Shown here piece by piece: positions 48,431 to 60,037 of a stretch of 64,000 nucleotides of DNA (positions within the stretch are counted from its first letter, which is position 1; the number at the start of each line of letters is the position of its first letter). The position numbers and the translations under genes are program-made. The notes under the pieces are model-generated. The model made no database searches. It was not told the DNA's origin and saw only the letters and a program-made list of their open reading frames with translations. The stretch comes from Burkholderiales bacterium (GTDB lineage Bacteria > Pseudomonadota > Gammaproteobacteria > Burkholderiales > Ga0077523): positions 17,189 through 81,188 of the forward strand of contig JAIEQG010000007.1 in NCBI GenBank assembly GCA_019747905.1, written 5' to 3'.

Positions 48431-49519
48431 TCAGCTCACCGCCTGCAGCAGCGCGGTGAATGCCTCGTCGAAGAGCTTGACACCTTCCTGCCGCAACTGG
48501 GTACCGATCGCCTCGTGGCCGATTCCGAGGCGCTCGACCGCTGCGAAGGCCGCCCGCGCCGCCGGCAAGTCGAGTCCGATGGTATCGGCCGCCTTGCCGT
48601 GATCACGGAACGCCGCGAGGGTCACGTCGGGGACCGTGTTGATGGTCTGCGCCCCGATGAGAGGCGTCACGTACAGCAGATCGTCGTAGGCAGGGTTCTT
48701 GGTGCTGGTGCTGGCCCACAACAGGTATTGGGGCCGTGCTCCAGCCGCACGCAATGCCGCGAAGCGGGGCGACCCGAACACTTCGCCGTAGCGCGCATAC
48801 GCAAGCTTGCCGACCGCCACGGCGGTCTTGCCGCGCAGCGCCAGCGCTTCGGGGGTCGCGATGGCATCGAGCTTCTTGTCGACCAGCGAATCGATGCGGC
48901 TCATGAAGAAGCTCGCGACGGCCTTGACGCGCTTCACATCTCCACCCGCGGCCTTCAACCGCTCGAGGCCGGTCAGGTAGGCATCGAAGATCGCGTTCAT
49001 CTGGCCCAGCGAGAACAGCAGCGTGACGTTGACGCTGATGCCGTCCGCGACGCACTGCTCGAATGCCCGCACACCGGCCGGCGTGCCGGGAATCTTGATG
49101 AGGACGTTGTCGCGCGCCACCTCGGCCCGCAAACGGCGCGCCGCGGCGATGGTGCCGTCGGCATCGTGCGCGAGCTGCGGCGAGACTTCGAGGCTCACGT
49201 AGCCGTCGTCACCCCGCGTCACGTCGAAAACCGGTCGCAGGACGTCGCATGCGGCCTGCACGTCCGCGATGGCCAGGCGTTCGTAGCGACGTTCGGGATC
49301 GGCCTCCTCGCGCTTCAGCCGCTCGAGATCGGCGCGGTAGGACGCGCCGTTCACGATCGCATTGCGGAAGATGCTCGGGTTGGTGGTGATGCCGGTCACT
49401 TCGCCGGCATCCACCAGGCGCTTCAACTCCCCGCCCTCCAGCATCGCGCGCGACAGGTTGTCGAGCCAGATGCTCTGGCCGATCTGGCGCAGCTGGGTGA
49501 ACTGGGTCAGGCGCTGCAT
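48431..49519 (-). CDS. tal: Transaldolase
   Basis: 362 aa. 'GQSIWLDNLSR...GITTNPSIF', active-site Lys region 'VLIKIPGT'. Confidence 0.93.
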   Translation of the reverse strand: MQRLTQFTQLRQIGQSIWLDNLSRAMLEGGELKRLVDAGEVTGITTNPSIFRNAIVNGASYRADLERLKREEADPERRYERLAIADVQAACDVLRPVFDVTRGDDGYVSLEVSPQLAHDADGTIAAARRLRAEVARDNVLIKIPGTPAGVRAFEQCVADGISVNVTLLFSLGQMNAIFDAYLTGLERLKAAGGDVKRVKAVASFFMSRIDSLVDKKLDAIATPEALALRGKTAVAVGKLAYARYGEVFGSPRFAALRAAGARPQYLLWASTSTKNPAYDDLLYVTPLIGAQTINTVPDVTLAAFRDHGKAADTIGLDLPAARAAFAAVERLGIGHEAIGTQLRQEGVKLFDEAFTALLQAVS

Positions 49520-49532
49520 CCGCTTCTCCAGC

Positions 49533-51627
<2,095 letters not shown>

Positions 51628-51660
51628 GCGCCGTACTATAGCATTGGGTCTGCACCACCC

Positions 51661-52806
51661 ATGTCCAAGCAACACACCCTCGAAGTCGCCGATTCGCTCG
51701 GTGCGGTTACCCCCGCGGAATGGGACCGACTCGCCGGTCCGAACCCGCTCGTGTCGCACGCGTTCCTGCATGCGCTGCACGAAAGCGGCTCGGCCGCCCC
51801 CGATGCCGGCTGGGCGCCGCAATACCTGCTGTTGCGAGAGGCGAATGCTCTGGTGGCCGCACTGCCGCTCTACCTCAAGTCGCACTCGTACGGGGAGTAC
51901 GTCTTCGACTGGGCCTGGGCCGACGCCTGGCAGCGCGCCGGTCGGCGCTATTACCCCAAGCTCCTGTCGGCCATTCCGTTCACACCGGTGACCGGTCCGC
52001 GGCTGTTGGCGGCCCGGCCGGAGTATCGTTCCGTGCTGGCCGAAGCAGCGAAGCAATTTGCACAGGAGCTCGAAGTCTCGACCCTGCACTGCCTCTTCCC
52101 CACGGAGGACGAAGCAGCCGAACTGGCTGCTGACGGTTTCATGCTGCGCAAGACCGTGCAATTCCACTGGACCAACGAGGGGTACGCCGACTTCGACGAC
52201 TTCCTTTCGCGCATGAATCACGAAAAGCGCAAGAAAGTGAAACAGGAACGCCGCCGAGTGCGCGAAGCCGGGGTCGAATACGAATGGAAAGTGGGTCGCG
52301 CCATCACCGAATCCGACTGGCGCTTCTTCGTGCGCTGCTACGACAACACCTATCGCGAGCATCACTCGAGCCCCTACCTCAATCTCGACTTCTTCCTGCG
52401 TATCGGCACTGCCATGCCGGACAATCTCCTGCTGGTGATCGGCCGGCAGGACGGCAAGCCGTTGTGCGCCTCGCTCGATGTCTTCACGCCCGAAGCGCTG
52501 TGGGGCCGCTACTGGGGAACGCTCGGCTTCGTATCCGGTCTGCACTTCGAGACCTGCTACTACCAGGCCATCGAGTTCTGCATCGCCAACCGTATCGGTG
52601 CGTTCGAAGGCGGTGCCCAGGGCGAACACAAGCTCGCGCGCGGCCTGATGCCGGTGACCACCTGGTCCGCGCACTGGGTGGCCGATCCGGATTTCGCGCG
52701 CGCGATCCAGAAGTTCCTGGAACGCGAAAGCCATAGCATCGGCAATTACGTGAACGAGCTCGAGGAGCACACGCCGTTCAAACCAACCGAGACCCCGAAT
52801 CCATGA
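51661..52806 (+). CDS. GNAT-fold N-acyltransferase-like protein (DUF482/FemAB-like family)
   Basis: 381 aa. '[17 protein letters not shown]...WAPQYLLL...[22 protein letters not shown]...[20 protein letters not shown]' is characteristic of this family. Confidence 0.8.
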   Translation: MSKQHTLEVADSLGAVTPAEWDRLAGPNPLVSHAFLHALHESGSAAPDAGWAPQYLLLREANALVAALPLYLKSHSYGEYVFDWAWADAWQRAGRRYYPKLLSAIPFTPVTGPRLLAARPEYRSVLAEAAKQFAQELEVSTLHCLFPTEDEAAELAADGFMLRKTVQFHWTNEGYADFDDFLSRMNHEKRKKVKQERRRVREAGVEYEWKVGRAITESDWRFFVRCYDNTYREHHSSPYLNLDFFLRIGTAMPDNLLLVIGRQDGKPLCASLDVFTPEALWGRYWGTLGFVSGLHFETCYYQAIEFCIANRIGAFEGGAQGEHKLARGLMPVTTWSAHWVADPDFARAIQKFLERESHSIGNYVNELEEHTPFKPTETPNP

Positions 52807-53831
52807 TTCCCTTCTCCATACTCGACCTGGCACCCATCCCGCTCGGTGCCACCGCAGCGACGGCCCTTGCGAACACCCTGGCACTCGCGCGGCGGGCGGA
52901 AGCACTGGGGTACCGGCGCTACTGGCTCGCCGAACACCACAACATGCCGGGCATCGCCAGCGCCGCCACCGCGATCGTCATCGCTCACGTGGCCGGCGGC
53001 ACCCGTACGATCCGCGTCGGCTCGGGCGGGGTGATGCTGCCGAACCATTCGCCGCTGGTGGTGGCCGAGCAGTTCGGGACGCTCGCCTCGCTCTACCCCG
53101 GCCGGATCGATCTCGGCCTCGGCCGCGCCCCGGGCACGGACATGCAAACCGCTCGCGCCTTGCGCCGCGACGCCGTGGACAGCGCCGAGCAGTTTCCGCA
53201 GGACGTGCTGGAACTGCAGGGCTACTTCGCGGCGGCCCAGCAAGGGCAGCACCTGCGGGCGGTGCCGGGCGAGGGACTGGAAGTGCCGATCTGGCTGCTG
53301 GGCTCGAGCCTCTTCAGCGCGCAGCTCGCCGCCATGCTCGGGTTGCCGTTCGCATTCGCCTCGCACTTCGCGCCGGATCTGATGCGACAAGCCCTCGACA
53401 TCTATCGCAGCCGGTTCGAGCCGTCGCGGCAGCTCGACCGGCCCTACGTGATGCTCGCCGCGAACGTGATCGCGGCCGACACCGATGCCGAAGCCCGGCG
53501 CCAGTTCACCTCGCAACAGCAATCGTTCGTCAATCTGCGGCGCGGCACTCCCGGTCAGGTGCCGCCTCCCATCGACGACATCGACAGCTTCTGGTCGCCC
53601 GCTGAACGAGCCATGGTGGAGCGCTCGCTCGCCGTATCGTTCGTCGGCTCGCCCGATACCGTGCAGCGCGGACTCGCCGCCTTCATCGACGACCTTCGAC
53701 CCGACGAGTTGATGATCACCGCGCACCTGCACGACCAGCCCGCCAGACTGCGATCGATCGAACTGGTCGCCGAACTGAAGACCCATCTCTCTGCGGGCAT
53801 CGCCGACGACTCCCGGGTCCTGCAACCATGA
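52803..53831 (+). CDS. LLM-class (luciferase-like) flavin-dependent oxidoreductase
   Basis: 342 aa. 'FSILDLAPI...[21 protein letters not shown]...[16 protein letters not shown]'. ATGA overlap with the upstream gene. Confidence 0.88.
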   Translation: MIPFSILDLAPIPLGATAATALANTLALARRAEALGYRRYWLAEHHNMPGIASAATAIVIAHVAGGTRTIRVGSGGVMLPNHSPLVVAEQFGTLASLYPGRIDLGLGRAPGTDMQTARALRRDAVDSAEQFPQDVLELQGYFAAAQQGQHLRAVPGEGLEVPIWLLGSSLFSAQLAAMLGLPFAFASHFAPDLMRQALDIYRSRFEPSRQLDRPYVMLAANVIAADTDAEARRQFTSQQQSFVNLRRGTPGQVPPPIDDIDSFWSPAERAMVERSLAVSFVGSPDTVQRGLAAFIDDLRPDELMITAHLHDQPARLRSIELVAELKTHLSAGIADDSRVLQP

Positions 53832-53841
53832 GGAACGTGTC

Positions 53842-54882
53842 GTGACGAAGTTCACCGACTGGCTCGGCATCGACATCCCGATCATCCAGGCGCCCATGGC
53901 CGGTGCGGCGGCGAGCGCCATGGTCGTGGCCGTATCGAATGCCGGTGGCCTCGGCTCGATCGGATGCGCCACGTTGTCGCCCGAGGCCTTGCGCACGGAA
54001 TTGCAGGCGATCCGCGCAGGTACCCGCCGGCCATTCAACGTGAACTTCTTCTGCCACACGCCGCCGCCGATGGACGCCGAGCGCGAGCGCACGTGGCGCG
54101 CCGCGCTCGCGCCCTATCACCGCCAATACGGCATCGACCCGGACAAGATTCCCGCGGGACCCGGCCGCGCCCCTTTCAGCGCCGAAGCGGCCGACCTGCT
54201 CGAGGACATCAAGCCCGCGGTCGTGAGCTTCCATTTCGGCTTGCCTCCAGCCGCCCTGCTCGCTCGGGTGAAAGCGATGGGTGCCAAGACCTTCTGCTCG
54301 GCCACGACGGTGGCCGAAGCCATATGGCTGGAAGCCCAGGGGATCGACGTCATCATCGCGCAGGGCGTGGAGGCCGGCGGACACCGCGGCATGTTCCTCA
54401 CCGACGACCTGACCACCCAGATCGGGACCTTCGCGTTGCTGCCGCAGATCGTCAAGGCCGTGAAGGTGCCGGTGGTGGCTGCCGGCGGCATCGCCGATGC
54501 ACGAGGCGTGGCCGCAGCGCTGTCGATGGGTGCGGCCGCCGCACAGGTCGGAACCGCGTACCTCCTGTGTCCGGAGGCGACGATCACGCCGATTCACCGC
54601 GCTGCGTTGAAGAGCGACGCCGCGCGCCACACCGCGCTCACCAACCTGTTCACTGGCCGACCCGCCCGCGGGATCGTCAATCGCGTGATGCGCGAGCTCG
54701 GCCCCATGAGCAGCGCCGCGCCCGCCTTCCCGCTGGCCACCTCGGCCATCGTGCCGTTGCGTGCGAAGGCGGAGGCCGAAGGCTCCGGCGATTTCACGCC
54801 GCTGTGGTCCGGACAGAACGCGACCGGATGCAAGGAGATTCCCGCGGCGCAACTCACCCGCGAACTGGCCACCGCGCTCTGA
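53842..54882 (+). CDS. Nitronate monooxygenase (NMO/2-nitropropane dioxygenase family)
   Basis: 346 aa. 'IIQAPMAGA', 'VIIAQGVEAGGHRG', 'PVVAAGGIADARG'. GTG start after GAGGAA. Confidence 0.88.
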   Translation: MTKFTDWLGIDIPIIQAPMAGAAASAMVVAVSNAGGLGSIGCATLSPEALRTELQAIRAGTRRPFNVNFFCHTPPPMDAERERTWRAALAPYHRQYGIDPDKIPAGPGRAPFSAEAADLLEDIKPAVVSFHFGLPPAALLARVKAMGAKTFCSATTVAEAIWLEAQGIDVIIAQGVEAGGHRGMFLTDDLTTQIGTFALLPQIVKAVKVPVVAAGGIADARGVAAALSMGAAAAQVGTAYLLCPEATITPIHRAALKSDAARHTALTNLFTGRPARGIVNRVMRELGPMSSAAPAFPLATSAIVPLRAKAEAEGSGDFTPLWSGQNATGCKEIPAAQLTRELATAL

Positions 54883-54895
54883 CGGCCCGGCGCGG

Positions 54896-55606
54896 ATGGA
54901 TTTCCCTGCACCGCTCGTCCCTGGCCGGCTGATCCAGCGCTACAAGCGGTTTCTCGCCGGCGTGGCTCTGGACACCGGCGGCACGGCCACGGCCCACTGC
55001 CCCAATACCGGTTCCATGCTCGGCTGCGCCGATCCCGGCAGCCGGGTGTGGCTCCACCACGCGCCGTCGCCGACACGCAAGTACGCCTACAGCTGGGAGC
55101 TCACCGAACTGCCCGACGGCACGCGCGTCGGCATCAACACCCACCGCAGCAATGCGCTGGTGCAGGAGGCGATCGATCACGATCGCATCGCGGCCCTTCG
55201 GGGTTACGACCTCATCCGCGCGGAAGCGAAGTACGGCCATGAATCGAGCCGCATCGACTTCCTCCTGCAAGGAGGCGGCAAGCCCGACTGCTACGTCGAA
55301 GTGAAGAACGTGACCGCGGCGGTCACCGACGGCATCGCGCTCTTCCCCGACACCGTGAGCGAGCGCGCCACCAAGCACTTGCGCGAACTGATGGCCATGG
55401 TCGGCGCGGGTCACCGGGCCGTGCTGGTCTTCTGCGTCCAGCGCGGCGATGCGCAGGAAGTACGGCCGGCCGACGCCTTCGATCCTCTGTACGGCCGCAC
55501 ATTGCGTGAAGCGCTGAGCGCTGGCGTGGAGGCGATCGCGTGGCGCGCCGTGATCACGCCGGAGCAAGTCGAATTGCGCACCGAGATTCCGGTGGTATGC
55601 CCCTGA
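54896..55606 (+). CDS. sfsA: Sugar fermentation stimulation protein SfsA
   Basis: Start at ATG 54896. 236 aa. 'GRLIQRYKRFLA...AHCPNTGSM...SRIDFLL...CYVEVKNVT'. Confidence 0.9.
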   Translation: MDFPAPLVPGRLIQRYKRFLAGVALDTGGTATAHCPNTGSMLGCADPGSRVWLHHAPSPTRKYAYSWELTELPDGTRVGINTHRSNALVQEAIDHDRIAALRGYDLIRAEAKYGHESSRIDFLLQGGGKPDCYVEVKNVTAAVTDGIALFPDTVSERATKHLRELMAMVGAGHRAVLVFCVQRGDAQEVRPADAFDPLYGRTLREALSAGVEAIAWRAVITPEQVELRTEIPVVCP

Positions 55607-55801
55607 CATCGCGACTGCGCGCCTCGCGGTAGCACTCATCGCTACCTCCGGCGGCATCAGGGCTCGTCGCATGCTCCGCGCATAGATTCCCTCCCGTGCG
55701 GCCGGCGTCCTGGCGGATGTTCGAAGTACCGGACCGCACGCCCACCCGCGGTCCGACTCGTCCCGGACCGCCGCTGCCAGTCCACCTCGGGGAGTCCATC
55801 C

Positions 55802-56512
55802 ATGAGCAAGCCCGCTTTCGCCTCGCGCTGCACGATCCTCGCCTTCGCCGTCACCGCCGCCCTAGCCGCATCGCAACCCGCCTCCGCCGCGCTGGGCGTG
55901 GGCAACCTGACACCCGGCCACATCTTCATCACCGAAGTCATGCCCGACCCCGCGAAAGTCGCCGACACCCGCGGCGAATGGTTCGAGATCTACAACACCC
56001 GGAACGAAGACGTGAATCTCGCCAGCCTGATCGTCCGCAGCGAGGGCGGTACCGCAGGCGAGAAATACATCGTGACCACCGATGCCATCATTCCGGCGCG
56101 GGGTTTCTTCGTCTTCGGTCGCAGCACGGATACGGCGCTGAACGGCGGCTTCAACGCCAACCTCGCCTGGGGGACTGCGCTGTCACTGGGCAACACCAGC
56201 GACTACCTGCGGCTCGAGATGCCCGACGGCACCCTGCTCGCCGGGCTCGCGTGGTCGAGTTCGGTGAGTGGCGCAAGCCTCGAAGTGCACGGCGGCACCT
56301 TGCCGAGCATCGGACCCGGCGACCTTGCGGCAACACCGGTCAACCTCGTGTACGGCCTCGGCGACCGCGGTACGCCCGGCGCACTGAACAGCGTGGACTT
56401 CGGCGTGAGCGGTGTGGCCCCGGTGCCCGAACCCGGCACCTACGCGCTGCTCGCGGCGGGATTGGCAGGCATCGCCCTGCGGCAGGCACGTCGCAAGGTG
56501 GCGCTGGCGTAA
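55802..56512 (+). CDS. Lamin-tail-domain (LTD) protein with signal peptide and PEP-CTERM anchor
   Basis: 236 aa. 'IFITEVMPDPAKVADTRGEWFEIYNTRNEDVNL' is the LTD signature. C-terminus 'VPEPGTYALLAAGLAGIALRQARRK'. Confidence 0.8.
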   Translation: MSKPAFASRCTILAFAVTAALAASQPASAALGVGNLTPGHIFITEVMPDPAKVADTRGEWFEIYNTRNEDVNLASLIVRSEGGTAGEKYIVTTDAIIPARGFFVFGRSTDTALNGGFNANLAWGTALSLGNTSDYLRLEMPDGTLLAGLAWSSSVSGASLEVHGGTLPSIGPGDLAATPVNLVYGLGDRGTPGALNSVDFGVSGVAPVPEPGTYALLAAGLAGIALRQARRKVALA

Positions 56513-56516
56513 GGGC

Positions 56517-56849
56517 AGCCCCCATCCCATCCTTCCCCCACCACAGGTGGGGGAAGGGGCGTACGGCACTCTCCCCCGGCTTCGCCGGGGGAAGCTGGGG
56601 TGAGGGCGATGATCGGCCGCATCACGACGACCGCTTGCCCCCATCCCGGCCTTCCCCCACCTGAAAGTGGGGGAAGGAGTGCACGGCTCCCTCCCCCGGC
56701 TTCGCCGGGGGAGGGTTGGGGTGGGGGCAATGATCGGCCGCATCACGACGACCGCTTACCCCCATCCCGATCTTCCCCCACCTGAAGGTGGGGGAAGGGG
56801 TGTACGGCTCCCTCCCCCGGCTTCGCCGGGGGAGGGTTGGGGAGGGGGC
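56517..56849 (+). repeat. Tandem array of three REP family A units (period about 120 bp)
   Basis: Units start near 56518, 56638 and 56759. Each has ccttccccca-N-tgggggaagg and ctcccccggcttcgccgggggag hairpins, joined by the conserved linker 'aatgatcggccgcatcacgacgaccgctt'. Confidence 0.85.
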
Positions 56850-56850
56850 A

Positions 56851-56876
56851 GCGACGAAGGGAATGCCCTTCGTCGC
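56851..56876. terminator. 11-bp stem-loop just downstream of the M14 peptidase stop (terminator-like)
   Basis: 'gcgacgaaggg aatg cccttcgtcgc'. No clear U-tract. Confidence 0.4.
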
Positions 56877-56878
56877 CT

Positions 56879-58564
56879 TCAACCGAGCGTGACTTCAGCT
56901 CTCACGACACCCGCGCGCTCGTGCCGTGCCGTCAGGCGCAAACGTGTTCCTGCACGCCCGCGCACCACCCAATCCACCTTCACCCGGTCGACCGTCACGT
57001 CGCCACCCCAGCCGCCCCAGCTCGATGGCGATGCGGACTTGTAGGCCCGGCCTTCCAGTTCGCCGGCTTCCACGCGCACCGACCCCGCCTCCAGCCGTGC
57101 GTCGCCCGGCAGTTCGATCTCGCACACCACACCGCGCGTGCGCTTGTTCTTCTGGCCGAGCTTGGTCACGTAGGTCGGCAACCAGCCGGTGTTGTGGACG
57201 ACGAGGCGAACCCGCCATGTATCCGCGCCGAGCGCCGTGACGTTCGTCTCCAGCAGCTCGAGCCTCGGCGAAACGAGCGCCAACCAGACGAGCCAGCCTG
57301 GAAACTTGGCCACCTCGCGCTCGAGCAGCGCGGGCGGCGGATTGCTCCACGTGAAGAGCGTGTCCCACCCGCCGATCTCCACGGGTCCGAGCTGCGGATG
57401 CTCGAAGGGATACCAGTCGACGAAACCCTTCCCGTCCAGTACCGCGTCGTTCCAGTCGAGCAGCTTGAGATCATCCTCCACCGGATGTTCTCGATACCAC
57501 TCGATGAACTTGTAGTCGGTGATACCGGCTTCGCGCTGCGGGCTCCAGATCTCCACGGTCCAGGCGAACACGCCCTGGTGATCGTAGAGCCAGTCGTCGA
57601 ACGACCCCGTGATCACCTCCTTCGGGTGATAGCGAAAGTCGTGATACACGGAGATGTTCGGATAGCCGGTGAGCTCCGTGCCCTTGGCACCGATCTTCTG
57701 GTAGGTCCACAGGTCTTCGACCGGCAACGTGTCGTCCGCATGGTGCGAGTACGGCCGCAGCAGCACGCCGCTATAGGTGTGGAATGCGATGCCGCCCGTG
57801 ATGTTGGGATGCGCCGCGATGAATTGCACAGCCGCTCGCACTTCGGGTTCCGAGACGGGATATGGCCCGGCGCCGTACTGCTCGTGCTCCTGCCGCCAGC
57901 CCGCCGGATAGTTGCGATTGAGGTCGAGCTGCTGCTTGCGCGGCTGCATGCGCACGGTGACGCCGTCCCACTCTTCGATCGGACCTTCCGGCAGCAAACG
58001 GTAGTAGACACCGCCCACCTCCGACGGATCGCGCCGCACCAGCAGCCGCGGATCGCGCTCGGATGCTTTCCACGGACCGTTGGGATCGCGCAGGCGCATG
58101 GTCAAGGCGCGCCCGTCGCCGTCGATGTCTTCGTGCCGCAGGCCGCCGACCGGCTCTTCGTCGTAGGGATAGGGGCGCGTCGACGAGCGGATCAGCCGGG
58201 GCCGGTCACCGAGCGCCCATTCGGCGCCATCCGGATTGAGTCGCGGCACGACGTAGAAGGCGCGTGTGTCGAGCGCACGGGTGACATCCGCGTCGGTGCC
58301 GTACTGTCGCGCGAGGTGTTGCAGGAAATGGAGGCATGCCATGGCCCCCGCCACTTCGGTCGCGTGAATGTTGCCGTCGATCCATAGCGCCGGCTTGTCC
58401 GACGCGGGACCCGTCGCGCGATTGGTGGCGGTGACGAGCCAGATGTCGCGGTTCTCGAAACTGCGTCCGATGCTCTCCACCCCGAAAAGGTCCGGATGCG
58501 CGGCGGCGAGCGCACGCAGGGCTTCGGTGAGTTCGTCGTAGCGGAGGTAGCGATCGAGGGGCAT
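56879..58564 (-). CDS. M14-family zinc carboxypeptidase-like protein
   Basis: 561 aa. 'ALWIDGNIHATEVAG' (HxxE zinc site), 'VPRLNPDG', 'IAFHTYSG'. Confidence 0.85.
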   Translation of the reverse strand: MPLDRYLRYDELTEALRALAAAHPDLFGVESIGRSFENRDIWLVTATNRATGPASDKPALWIDGNIHATEVAGAMACLHFLQHLARQYGTDADVTRALDTRAFYVVPRLNPDGAEWALGDRPRLIRSSTRPYPYDEEPVGGLRHEDIDGDGRALTMRLRDPNGPWKASERDPRLLVRRDPSEVGGVYYRLLPEGPIEEWDGVTVRMQPRKQQLDLNRNYPAGWRQEHEQYGAGPYPVSEPEVRAAVQFIAAHPNITGGIAFHTYSGVLLRPYSHHADDTLPVEDLWTYQKIGAKGTELTGYPNISVYHDFRYHPKEVITGSFDDWLYDHQGVFAWTVEIWSPQREAGITDYKFIEWYREHPVEDDLKLLDWNDAVLDGKGFVDWYPFEHPQLGPVEIGGWDTLFTWSNPPPALLEREVAKFPGWLVWLALVSPRLELLETNVTALGADTWRVRLVVHNTGWLPTYVTKLGQKNKRTRGVVCEIELPGDARLEAGSVRVEAGELEGRAYKSASPSSWGGWGGDVTVDRVKVDWVVRGRAGTRLRLTARHERAGVVRAEVTLG

Positions 58565-58723
58565 CGTGGCGACACGGCAAACGGGGGAGCGTCGATTCTA
58601 GCCTGCCCCCCGGGCACGCCACGCTTCGGCACGCAGCAGGTGCGGTTACACTTATGCCGCCATGCAGTCGTCCTGCCATCCGGCCACGGGTTCGCCGTCG
58701 GCCGAGCCACGGAGCCTCGCACG

Positions 58724-59341
58724 ATGAGTTGGGGCAAGGTCCTCATCGGGTTCCTGCTCATCCTGGGCGTATTCATCGCCTGGCTGCGCATCATGAAATC
58801 GATGCGCGGCGGCGGTGGCAGCGGCCTCGACATGAGCGTCGGGCGCGGCAAGGGCCGCAGCAGCGGTGCCAACGAATTGGAGCAGATCATCGCGGCCCAC
58901 CGCGCCGGCAACGGATCCAACGGCTCCATCGACGCGCCGCTCGCGGTCACCCCCGCCGTCGTGCCGCAACCGGCGCCGACGCCGCAGCCGATACCCGCCC
59001 TGCTGCAAGCGCCCATGATGCTCTCCGGTGCCGGCAAGCTTGCCTACCTGGTGTTCAAGGCCGGAGCGCCCGACCACCACGTCTTCGCGCGCGTGGCCCT
59101 TGGCGAACTCCTGCCGGTGGAACTCGCCGGCGCCGACCTCGGTCGTCACGCTTTCGCGCTGGTCGTGTGCCGCCCGGACTTCACGGTGGCTGCCGCGGTC
59201 GACATCGCCGACCCTGCGACGGCCCAGCGCATGGCGATGGTCGATCGCGCCTTGCAGTCGGCCTCCATTCGCCACATCGTGCTGAATCCACGCCAGATGC
59301 CCAAGCCGAAGGACGTACGCGGCCTTCTCGATCACCACTGA
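58724..59341 (+). CDS. Membrane-anchored protein with C-terminal DUF2726-like (restriction-endonuclease-fold) region
   Basis: Start at ATG 58724. N-terminal TM 'VLIGFLLILGVFIAWL', Gly/Pro-rich linker. The C-terminus 'HVFARVALGELL...FALVVCRPDFTVAAAVDI...VDRALQSASIRHIVL' resembles DUF2726. The assignment is tentative. Confidence 0.5.
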   Translation: MSWGKVLIGFLLILGVFIAWLRIMKSMRGGGGSGLDMSVGRGKGRSSGANELEQIIAAHRAGNGSNGSIDAPLAVTPAVVPQPAPTPQPIPALLQAPMMLSGAGKLAYLVFKAGAPDHHVFARVALGELLPVELAGADLGRHAFALVVCRPDFTVAAAVDIADPATAQRMAMVDRALQSASIRHIVLNPRQMPKPKDVRGLLDHH

Positions 59342-59355
59342 ATCGGACCATCGCC

Positions 59356-59835
59356 TTGCGTCAATTCATCATCGCCGCGGCCGCGCTGCTCTGCACTGCG
59401 CTCGCTTCGACCGCTTCCGCTCAATCGCGCGCGCTGCAGATCGCGACCGAACTGCCCCAGGGTGCGATCGGCAACAAGACCATCGTGATCGATCGGCAGG
59501 CCGGCACCGGCGCCGAGGCCGAAGGCGAACGCTTCGTCGTGATCGACTACGAAGGCTTCGTCTACGACCCGCTGGCACCGGATCGCAAGGGACACAAGTT
59601 CGACAGTTCGAAGGACCGGGGCCAGGCCTTGTCGGTACTGCTCGGCGTCGGCCGCATGGTGGCCGGCCTCGACAAGGGCATCATGGGCATGCGGGTGGGC
59701 GGACAGCGCACGCTCGTCATCCCGCCCAACATGGGTTACGGCAATCGCCTCGCGTTCGGTGAAGTGCCGCCCAATTCCACCTTGCTGTTCGAGGTCGAAC
59801 TGCTCGACGTGGTGCCGCAGGAAAACGTGCGGTAG
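59356..59835 (+). CDS. FKBP-type peptidyl-prolyl cis-trans isomerase (secreted)
   Basis: Probable TTG start at 59356 (no in-frame ATG before the signal peptide 'LRQFIIAAAALLCTALASTASA'). 'FDSSKDRGQ...GVGRMVAGLDKGIMGMRVGGQRTLVIPPNMGYG...STLLFEVELL'. Confidence 0.85.
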   Translation: MRQFIIAAAALLCTALASTASAQSRALQIATELPQGAIGNKTIVIDRQAGTGAEAEGERFVVIDYEGFVYDPLAPDRKGHKFDSSKDRGQALSVLLGVGRMVAGLDKGIMGMRVGGQRTLVIPPNMGYGNRLAFGEVPPNSTLLFEVELLDVVPQENVR

Positions 59836-59840
59836 TTGCA

Positions 59841-59931
59841 GCCCCCTCCCCGACCCTCCCCCAGCAGTGCTGGGGGAGGGAGCAGTACACCCCTTCCCCC
59901 AGCTTTGCTGGGGGAAGGCCGGGATGGGGGC
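59841..59931 (-). repeat. REP family A unit in inverted orientation
   Basis: 'gccccctccccgac cctccccca-gcagtgc-tgggggaggg agcagtacac cccttccccca-gctttgc-tgggggaagg ccgggatgggggc'. Its reverse complement matches the consensus order. Confidence 0.8.
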
Positions 59932-60037
59932 CTTCCGGATGCGAATAGACGTCCGGCAAAACTGCCTCGCCCCCCCGGCAACTTCCGGCACGAGACGAAG
60001 GTCGAAGCGCAGTCACCGATTCGACCTCGAGGTGCAT

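Noticed and set aside
56517-56849. Regularly spaced ~120-bp repeats that could be mistaken for a CRISPR array.
   Set aside because: The units are composite palindromes of about 95 nt and the 'spacers' are themselves a conserved 29-nt linker. The same unit is dispersed singly elsewhere in both orientations, and no cas genes are present. This is REP-like, not CRISPR.
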